Assembly (NCBI GenBank): GCA_050084985.1
Contig: JBITNC010000001.1
Location: 145,886,001-145,950,000, forward strand
Reading direction: 5' to 3'
Source: Nageia nagi
Lineage: Eukaryota > Plantae > Pinophyta
DNA length: 64,000 bases
Each line of letters starts with the position of its first letter. Position 1 is the stretch's first letter. The translations under genes and the position numbers were made by a program. Below, one piece after another: positions 53,392 to 64,000 of this stretch. The notes under the pieces were generated by a model. It was not told where the DNA came from. It saw only the letters and a list, made by a program, of their open reading frames with translations, and made no database searches.

Positions 53392-54863
53392 ATAGAGAAA
53401 TCTTGGGGCTTCTTAAAGGTGTCACATAGTATAAAACTATTGTAAAAGAAAATTGAGTTAAATCTACCTTATGCACAATAGGGAAACTCTTGAGATATTA
53501 CTCCAAGTTCCCTCTCATCTTATCCAAGGACCTCTCAGCTAGTTTCCAATGTTGTTTTGCCATCTCCATCAAAATATAGTAAAGAAGTCAATAGGGACAA
53601 CATGAAAGGAGGAAAGTATGAGAAAATCCCATTATCAAGAAAAAGAAAGGACTGTCAACTCAGAAAAGAAGTGAAGCATAATAGGGACTGATAGAAATGG
53701 GCCAAATGAACAAATAAAAAGCTACTGCCCTTCTAATCACCTTTTTATTTGAAAATTTTAAACTTTAACCTAGCTAGTAAACCCTCATTTTCAAATTTCA
53801 CATTATATGCTCACTAAATGCTATCTCATGTGTGCAAATTACAAAAGCATATTTTAATTAGCTCATCTACATTCTTTAAAAACCAAATTTGCTACATTCA
53901 TGCTATCAACAATATGTGAAAAGTGAAATTGAGATTCGATTTGATGCATACTGATTCAAAATGTTAAAGATGGTATTTTGAGTGTTAATATTATACAATA
54001 ATGGTTAAATTAATGATATTTAATATTTATTGATTATTAATATTGAATATAGTTCATTAGCAACATGATGAAATTAGAGCATAATTCAAATGCTATATGT
54101 CAATTCTAAATTTGTGAGACCCACATAGAGAAATCTTGGGGCTTCTTAAAGGTGGCACATAGTATAAAACTATTGTAAAAGAAAATTGAGTTACATCTAC
54201 CTTATGCACAATAGGGAAACTCTTAAGATATTACTCCAAGCTCCCTCTCATCTTATCCAAGGACCTCTTAGATAGTTTCCAATGTTGTTTTGCCATCTCC
54301 ATCAAAATATAGTAAAGAAGTCAATAGGGGAAACATGAAAGGAGGAAAGTATGAGAAAATCCCATTATCAAGCAAAGGAAAGGACTGTCAACTCAGAAAA
54401 GAAGTGAAGCATAAGAGGGACTAATAGAAATGGGCCAAATGAACAAATAAAAAGTTACTGCCCTTCTAATCATCTTTTTATTTCAAAATTTTAAACTTTA
54501 ACCTAGCTAATAAACCCTCATTTTCAAATTTCACATTATATGCTCACTAAATGCTATCTCATGTGTGCAAATTACAAAAGCATATTTTAATTAGCTCATC
54601 TGCATTCTTTAAAAACCAAATTTGCTACATTCATGCTATCAACAATATGTGAAAAGTGAAATTGAGATTTGATTTGATGCACACTGATTCAAAATGGTAA
54701 AGATGGTAAGTTTGAGTGATAATATTATACAATAATGGTTAAATTGATGATATTTAATATTTATCAATTATTAATATTGAATATAGTTCATTAGCAACAT
54801 GATGAAATTAGAGCATGATTCAAATGCTATATGTCAATTCTAAATTTGTTAGACCCACATAGA
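53392..54863. repeat. Young direct tandem duplication, unit ~733 bp, with 5-bp ATAGA microhomology
   Basis: atagagaaatcttggggcttcttaaaggtg at 53392 and 54125. Units are nearly identical and both end in agacccac followed by ataga. Confidence 0.95.
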
Positions 54864-57319
54864 AGTATAAATTAAGATATACTTGATGGATTCATAGATA
54901 TTTTAATTTATCAAAAATTGATTGGGTTAAATGAAAATGGAAAATTTTGATTTCTAAATTTATACATGCTATTGAAATTCTTAATACTTGACTAATTATG
55001 TTTTAATACCAATTGAGTATGCCACTTTTCATGAAATTTAATTCAATCTTTTTTATGCAGTCAACAACTTGAAATATGTGAAATTATGGGTTCTATTAAA
55101 ATCTAAATTATTTTTTATAAGTATGAGTAGATTATGATAATTGCTAGCATGATTATAAGATTATCAATGAGCAAAATGCATATAAGGTTTAACTTATCCA
55201 AGTTATTTTTCATTTGCAAAATATTATGTCATATGGAAATATTATTTCACGATTTGATGGAGCAAAATATCATTTTTTTCTTCCAATTGAATATCATTAA
55301 ACATTTGCATATATGATATGACTAGTTACATGCTGCTAATGGTGTGTGTTTATTATGAATTCATTGTAAATGGGGCATGATATAATTTATTTAATATTTT
55401 AGTTTAAATGAAATTATTTTAGAAATATGCATTGATCTCAAAATGATGAATAAAATTACAAGAAATATCATTCCCCATTTCTATAAAATTAATGTTTTTA
55501 ATAGTGTAAGTTTGCTTTGCAAATCAATAAAATCAAATAATTCAATATGATAAAACATGCAATGTTGACATGAAAGGCCATTACATACTTGAATATTTGG
55601 TATTTCTATGGGAATCAAATGATATTATTCAAATGTTATGCTAACAATTATTTTGAAAGCCATGGTTATTCTATGACTAAAATCTTTATTATTTATAGGT
55701 TAGTTAAAGCTTGAGTCATTAAAAGGTTCTCATTGGCTTGATAATCATGGTTATTCCAATCTTGAGACATTAAAAAGCACCTCATTAGCTTGATTTTTGT
55801 ATATTATGAGTTGCAATTACAATAGTCTATATATCATGGTTAAATAGAACTATGACCCACATCAGCCATAGTGACAGAGGGGATATCATATTTATTTCAT
55901 CCTTGCTCTATCAATTGATTATTTTTTTAATGGTATATGATCTATGTGGGTATTATGTTAGTTTATTTTAAAAAAAGTTTTGTTAGGGAGAGTAGGATTC
56001 TCATAAATATGCTCTTCTCATATAGGGACTCCACTTTTTGGCTTGATTACATAAAGCACATGTGAAAAGGGGAACTGCAAGAACAAAAGTTGGGAAACAA
56101 CATATCATACTCAATGTATTAATAGAAAAAGAGAAGTCCACTTTACTATTAAAAATTTTCTTCTCTTCTCTAAACTTCTATGGATTACGTAATTTCAATG
56201 GTTTTCATTTTAAATCCAAAGAGGGGGAAAATGTAGAAGCCCAAAAATAATTTATTATTTATTTAATAAATCATATTTATACTTCTTGATAGACTTAATA
56301 CAATATTATGTATGTAAAGATAAAGTTGATATTACAATGTAGTACCATGTGTTATATTAAAGGCTATATCATTTATCATGGTTTTATTTTAAAGTATCTT
56401 GAATATAAGAAAGTTTATATTATTTCTAGAGGTTAGCCTTCACTTCTTTCTATGGCCCTGTATGCTATATATGTGACTAGAATAGGTATACCTCTATAGA
56501 TTGAAACTCTTTAATATGATAAGAAATTTGATCGGTGGTTTTCAACTACAATCTTAATCAAGATATGGTGTCTTTAGATGCCACCTATCATGAGAAATAT
56601 TAATACTCTGACCATTGAACTTTTTATCTTTTTTTCATAACACAATTTGGCATATCTCATGCAATTAATGATGTGCTTCTCTTAGGCTGGTGGAGACATG
56701 CATATTCTAGATTGAGGTTTCCAAATTTGGGTTATTGAGTTGTTGATTCATATACATGAAGATCTATCATGAACTCATTATGAATCTGATCCCAATCCTC
56801 TAAAGATTATTTATTTATTATGTATATTCATATGTTGCACAATTTGAGTTCTACACAAAGAAAGAATTAAGAAATGGTGGAAATTTTAGTTTCATAGATC
56901 TAAAATTTATATATTTGTAAATAAAATAGAATAAAAAGAAGTTAAAATTATAGTCAAATAGATAATATATATAGAGGAGAAACTTGGATACAAAGATACA
57001 ACTTAGATCTCAAATAAGAAGAATAATACAAATTGACATGATACCATAATCTATTAAAAATAAAGTATATCTATTGGAGAAAAAAATATGGAGCAATTGG
57101 ATTGAAAGAAAGAGATATAAATGATGAATTCTTCCACACCATTAGGATAAATCATATAATAGAATCATAGGCATAAAAAAAACTAAGATAGGGATAAATT
57201 TAAATATTAAAGTATAAATAGATTATTAAATAATGGATTTTATCAATTAAAAATTAAAGAATATATGAATACAAACAATAATAATGAAATAAAATTTGTA
57301 TTCCTACTTTATACATCCT

Positions 57320-58700
57320 TTCATGTAATTTAGAAAATATTTTATAACCCATTATCATAAGAGAAAGAAATTACATTTTTAAGTGTCATTTTCTCTATCC
57401 CTAGTTTGAAATGATGCTTCGTTCCATCATGTTCTACTTAATAAATATTCTCTTATCCATAATGAGTTACATTCAAATAATATTATTAGGAATTTTCCAA
57501 TATCATATTATATGCATCCATCTATACTACATCATATAACACTTTGTATCCATAAGAACTAACATTATAGATAAACATATAATAATGTTGTATAAAAATA
57601 CTATGATCTATCTTTTACCAACAAATATTATATAGATTAATTTTTAGAATCCAACTAACTTATAAGTTTAATATTATTACCATTTTACCTAAATTATTTA
57701 TGGATCCTCTATTTATGATTACTTTGTATACTTTATCCTTGAAAAAATAATTTAATTAAAATAGTATTTTCCACCTCCAATAAAAATATTCTCTCTATTT
57801 TGTGATATCAACATCCTTTACCCAAACAAGTTTATTTAATTTTATTTTAACTCATTATAGTGTATAATCCTTGTGGGCTACTCTCTAATTCTTCAATTTT
57901 AGGATATTCAAGAGATTTATGATATTCAACATATATGAAAAACTTTAATGGCTTTCATAACTCATAATTATATTATTCCTCTATGTAAAAAGTCTTCTTA
58001 ATTCCTCAATTTATTAACATATTTTATGTAGTAGATAATAATAAAGTTCATTTTCACTCACATTCTATAATTATATAAAAACATCTTATAAATAAGTTAT
58101 TAATAAAATATTTACTTTAAATTATTTTAACATATTCATCCATTGTTTGATCTATATATTTGTAATATCATACTTGAGTGTTTTAGAAAATATACAACCT
58201 TAGGAAAATATGTGGGTTCATATGATTTATAACAAAATATAATCTCCTAATTTACTCTTCATTTATATTCTCTCTATTTAAAACCTTGATCCTTACTTTT
58301 TCCTTCTTTTTGTATAATCATTTACACATGGTGTGTTATTTTAGAAAGGGTTATTTAATTATCTTATTCATCTTTTAATTTACCTTTCTAAATCTTAGTT
58401 TCAAGAGCTTAAAATATCAAGAGTAATTAACCACCATCATTTTATTTAAATGTATTAATTCATGGTATTTTTCCATTCTCATTTGTAATGGTCTTATACC
58501 ATTGTCATAATATATGTGCCACGATACAAAATTAATATCAATCATAGACACATTATTTGAACTCTTGTAGTAATATAATAAACCATGCAATAAGAAATAA
58601 TTATATGAAAAATATGTTTTGCATATTTTCTATAACATGTATGTGTTGATTTCCCATAATGTAGTGTAATTTAGATCACTCTTCATGTTTGTATTTTTTA
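57320..58700 (-). mobile_element. CRM-like Gypsy gag-protease remnant
   Basis: Minus strand RENIF (~57785), KDKVYKVIINRGSINNL (~57690-57741), YKVLYDVV*MDAY (~57510-57548). The upstream boundary is approximate. Confidence 0.7.
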
Positions 58701-59899
58701 GGAAGAGGTAGATAAAATATATTTACAACTTGAGGAGGGTGATACTAAGAATTCCCATAATTAAAATCCATAAGACATGAGATTTTGGTACTAATATATG
58801 AATGGTCATCCAAGTAAGTAATATGTATTTAATGTTATGCCTCTCACATATGTTATGAATTTGATCTAATAATTTGTGTATAATTATAATTGATTTCCAT
58901 TTTGAATACTTTAAATTATTATATATTATATATATTTAATCATTTCTTAAGATATACAAATTCAATTCAATATTAATCTTCAATATTCTAAGTAGTTTGG
59001 TAATACACAATTAATCACATTTATGGTTAATTTTAATCATCTACAACTATACTCATGGAAAAGTGTGTAAGAAATATGGTACTTGGTATTTTTACCTTGT
59101 ATAAATTATAAATGTACAAAATATATTAACGTAATTTTTTTAATGTATATATTTTAGAATGCTCTCTTGTCCAAGAAACATATAAAATATAACAAAAATT
59201 CATATTCCTTTTATTGTAGATTATTTAAGCTAATTTTATTTAGGATCAATCATTTATTTCTATATTAATTTGAAATATTTTTTAAATCTTAATACTAATG
59301 GTCAATTGATTAGATATCAATCTTTTATTTTACTTAGGTTACCTGTTTCTTCTGTAATACTTTGAATAAAACATGATATTATCTATAATTTAACAAACTT
59401 AAGAATATAAAATATTATTCTATTAAAAAATTATTATAATAAGATATATTTTGTTGGGGATATGGAGGTTTAGATAAAATGGATAGTGACATATATGTAT
59501 ATTAATTAGCTCTCTTTCTCTCTCTTTTTTGTAGAATATATCAAGAGACATGAATATTGTTAGGAAACCATATTAATAAATTCATGATAATTATCCAATA
59601 TGAGAGAAATATTTTAATGTATTAATCTTAGCTATATAAAGCAATCTAAAATAAGAGATATATAGTTTCTATAGTTTGAACATATACTTTATTATATTTA
59701 AGTAATCATATAGAAATGTAGATTATTAATATTAAAATAGTCTAAATTAGACCTTGTAACTAAGAATTAATTTAATTTCAAAATTTAAATTACTTAAATA
59801 TCATGTAAAATACATTACCTTCACATCTTCTATCATACAGTTTTTATACATATAAATATATAGTGTTGTTGGATCAACAAGATGAGTTGATTACCCACA

Positions 59900-62800
59900 A
59901 AGGGATATGACTAGGGTTGACATCACTTACTTTTATGTACCTTCTTTATCGCTTAATCCATAGGAAGAACTTTATAATTACATTCTTTAATGATGTCCTT
60001 GTTTCTTAACATTTACCTATGATGCTTCTAAAGTTTAATTAAGTTTCAAGATTTTTCTTTTAAAATCTTTTTCTCCATACTTTAATAGTGATGATATTAG
60101 GAAGACATAATAACTTGGTTATGTATTTCCTTATGATTATGATGACTCTTAGAGCTATACCCTTCACCCTCATCATCAAATTTATCAATACCTCAATCAT
60201 ATGTATTTTGGGTATTATATCATGCATTATTCTTGTGATCAATACATTGTTATTGCTTCCAAAGTAATTAAGATCTACATAAATATAAAAATTAATGCAT
60301 TTATTTCCTATTCATAGTTTTAGATTCTTCTATAAAAATGCCTTTTCCATTCCTTATTGTGTTAGTACAAATGCTTATATTTATTTCCTATTTCTTTAAT
60401 TCTATGGGATGCAAAAATACCTAATAATAATAAAAAAATATTTTCCTTGACAAAACTTTTGTTTCCTTTTCACATATATTTTGTAGCATCAAACTAGTAG
60501 GGTACAAATAAAATTGGAGCTTAAAACTAACTAAACTTAGTATTTGAGTTCCATGTATATTCTTAATGTCTTTTTCATATTTTCTAGAGAAAATATTCTC
60601 TTACAATAGTTTCTTAATATGCTGTTTTTCTTCTTTGAAATCTAATATATCCAATCCTTTAGTTGTAGATTATCATTAGTCTCTTATAATTCATGTATAT
60701 TCTTCCCCTTCATATAGATGAAAATTTTAAACATTTGAAAAGGGTATAATAACCAAACTAAGAGGTAGTTTTTCCTTATATATTCTATTTAGAAATTTTC
60801 TCAATACCTTACATAAAGTAATCCTTGTATACTTCAAAGTGTTATATGTTCTTGTGAGAAAACTTTCCTCTCTAAAAGCTACTATGAATTAATTACCCAC
60901 TGATTATAAATTCTCATTATTCTTCTTTGCCACCATTTATTTATACTTAAAGTTTATCTTTTATATAAATTTCCTAATGTAATAGTATCATATATTTAAT
61001 AAAAATATTCTAAGTCTACATTCCTCATATGAAAAAGTAGTTTGATCAAGTCGATAATCTCTCTTGTTGATCTTTTGAGGATAATATTTAAGGATAAGTT
61101 CTAGTTAATTTATTAACTAAATTTTATAAGAAAAATCTACTTAGGAAAGCATTGTATACTATTATTTAAACTTATCTCTAACTAGATTTATCCACAAATT
61201 TTATAGGATCTTGTTAACTATGATGATTTATAGAACTATCAAATATTAATTCATTATGTGTGGTTATACTCTTTAGTAACACTTGTACTACTTCCTAGGA
61301 AACTATGTTTATGTAACATAAAATGTAAGATTATTATTTTATAATGAATAAATATGCCTCATTTGAAAATTTATTAAAGTTAATAAACATGCTATCATTC
61401 CTATTCAATATATTCATAAAAACTCATTTATTACTAAGAGTGGTTTATATAACTCCATTTTCTTACTAGTTCCCTATGCCAACTAACATGTCTTGCATCT
61501 TCTGAGAAATTGCTTATTATTATTTTGTAGACTTAGCTATGATTATTTTGAATTTAATTTTAATAATGCATTGTCATTCTTAAACTATTATTGAATATAT
61601 CCTCCATATATTTTTCTAATGAGATTGTCTCTTATACATAGACTTATATAATATAGAATTATGGATTCTTCAAATGAAATCACTATTAGATGAAGAAATA
61701 TTTCCATAACCTCTAGTCTTAGCATGACATCCATATCATTGAAAAACTAATATTTTTCTTGTATAAATCTTTTACCTAGTCTTAACCTACTATTAATACA
61801 TGCATTATTCTTAATATCACCAGATGTTCTCTTTTGTATATGAGTGCCACTCTCCTTGATAATACTAATCTATGCTAAAAAATAGAGATATAAATATGTA
61901 AATAATTTACTTATGTACTCTATCTCTTACTTAATGTATTATTAATATTGATATATTATGATGCCTGATGGTTTGTATATATCATAAAATATTTAGGAAA
62001 TAAGTATTGAATTGTATCCTTCAATTCCTATACCATCACATAGAAATCCTAGTCATATAAGAAAAACTTTAATTCAACTTTTAAAATATTTATCTAAAGA
62101 ATTTTATTGACATTCCTTTGTAGATAAATACAACCAACTTCAAACACTTTATAATTTATTTTTAATATTAGTTATTTCATTATCCTTTATATTAATAGTT
62201 GTAAATGTTTTCTACCTTTAACGTCTAAATAATTTTTTTTTTCATACATAAAAATAATGATCTAAATATTCCACTAAAACTAATTATAAAAATCATATAA
62301 AAGATAGCTAACATACAAAATATCATTACATATATATAAAAATATCTAACATAAGCTTATCATTGATTGTAATCACCACCACATTCCTATCTACCTTTAA
62401 TCCATATAATGTGATCACGAATCCTAATTAGATTACTTATTTTTTCATGAATAAGTACATCATTGAGGATCATCAATAATATTTATTTCTCAACCTCTTT
62501 AATACCCATATTTAACTATTAATTTATTATTTATATGAATTATATAGTTTTATCCTCATTTAGATTATAAAAGTTTATATCTAATGATGACCTTGTTGAT
62601 GGCCTTATGATGAGTATATATATTCTGTTTCACATCCTTCTTAGATCATAACATTATTAATAATATGCATGAATTGATGATCTCTATTATTATTCAACAC
62701 AACTATAATCCTAATGTCAATCCAATAAAATTCTTTATTAAATATACTATGTTCAAGTATTTAGTCTACTTCATTAAAATATTTCCTAAGTAATGACACT

Positions 62801-64000
62801 CCTAATAGTAAATATTTATTTCTATTTTTAATATAATGAAAAAGGATTTTAGCCACATCATCGCTTATTATTTCCTTTCATTTATCCTGTCAACAAGATC
62901 ATTGTACTCATGCTCTCTTTCCCTTTATTTTCTAAGGGTAATACCTTAAATCCTTATCCATTCTTATTGATGTTAACTTTTTTATTCCTCTCCTGGTAGA
63001 TTATATTTATAACATATTCATGCCATAGTATTAACAAGAGAAAGATACATTATTCTATAAGGATAATATCATATTAAACATCATCAAAATAATCTTGAAT
63101 CTTGGTGTTTACATTGCATCTTGCAACAACTTTGACTTGATATCTATTTCTTTTCTATGATATATTATAATGTTAAGGATGAGTAAAATTTTAACCTTTA
63201 ATTTTTCCACCATCATAATTAACACAAGGTTTTTGATATTTCTACTATCAATAATAAATTTGAAACTTTTTTCTCTCATTGAATACCTTATGCTAAAGAT
63301 GGTTCTTCTTTTCTATCATTTTTTTCTTTCTTTTATGGGCTGATCAAGGTTCTTCTTAATATAAGTTTCTCTCTAGCTTCAATTATGATGTGTTCTATGT
63401 AGTCTTCTTTTCTTGTCTCCAATGATTGGAAGATATTTTTCTATCATTTCTTCTATTATCTCTTTTGGGGTCCTTTCTCTAATAAAGTGTATGTCTTTGA
63501 ACTTCATAGTTATAACATTATTCACTATACCAACTTAATCTATAGCCTTAAAATCTAGATTAATTTCCTTTTCTTATAGGAGATTGGTATATTTCATTTT
63601 GATACCTAGTTGAATGTTCATCTTATTCTTTCTTTTTTGCTATATCTTACTTATTAAATGATCTTTTTTAGTCTCAACCTATATTACAATTTAAACTTAC
63701 TTTCCTTACCAAATTTTTAGTTAATCCTTATGACATTCTCATATATTTCCTTTGTAGAATATATGATTTCTATTCTCATTTGATCTTGAATGAAAAATCT
63801 CAATATTTTCATGTATCTACATATATTTTCATTTATCTCAACAATGTGACCAAGTCAAATTGTCAATTGATAAAATTTCTCATTAGTCTTCCAAACTCAT
63901 TCATTTGTAAAAGATTTTACAAGTTCTTAACTTAAATTAATTCATATTTTGTAGCGAGGAATAATTGATTGAAAATACTAAAATATTTGTTGACAGATTT
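59900..64000 (-). mobile_element. Decayed CRM-like Ty3/Gypsy gag-pol (probably continues beyond the window)
   Basis: Minus strand KRRTIFSIRYSMREKSFKFIIDSRNIKNLVLIMMVEKLK (protease region, ~63195-63312), HKAINKVIIRY (RT, ~62578-62610), and integrase-like remnants around 61000-61480. Confidence 0.8.

Larger units (their letters stand above)
43180..56855 (+). mobile_element. Tat/Ogre-like Ty3/Gypsy LTR element, apparently lacking pol (true 5' edge upstream of 43180, not resolved)
   Basis: LTR pair ~43180-43866 and 56232-56855, both ending ctaca. PPT aaagagggggaaaa precedes tgtagaagccc (56232). Contains gag remnants and an antisense PMD frame. Confidence 0.78.

Overview
This is a very AT-rich, CG- and CHG-depleted eukaryotic window. 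It is most consistent with a large-genome seed plant such as a conifer or other gymnosperm; this is inferred from the PPR pseudogene style, Penelope-like remnants and Tat/Ogre-type Gypsy elements. It is almost entirely nested, decayed repeats. (1) A segment present twice (1-~6500 and ~8210-28040) carries PPR-derived repeats and an unidentified decayed minus-strand reading frame. The second copy is split by an 8.75-kb hAT transposon (12457-21203; 15-bp TIRs, 8-bp TSD, empty site visible in copy 1) and by a ~6.3-kb insert containing a PPR-DYW pseudogene. (2) Three copies of a ~1-kb TIR element have GRG termini, and two of them show 4-bp TSDs (Sola2-like signature). (3) A Penelope-like GIY-YIG remnant has a tandem 3' repeat. 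(4) A Tat/Ogre-like LTR element (gag plus antisense PMD, no pol seen) hosts a complete gag-protease-only chromovirus-like element (48850-53246, TSD TGGGT) and a young 733-bp tandem duplication. (5) Several CRM-like Gypsy fragments are present. The only CpG-retaining island (~36950-38470) holds an intronless ~400-codon minus-strand gene, tentatively F-box-associated beta-propeller-like, with two stops and two compensating frameshifts. No intact protein-coding gene, RNA gene, CRISPR array or prokaryotic system could be supported. All alignments and translations were done by eye, so boundaries without a TSD are approximate.
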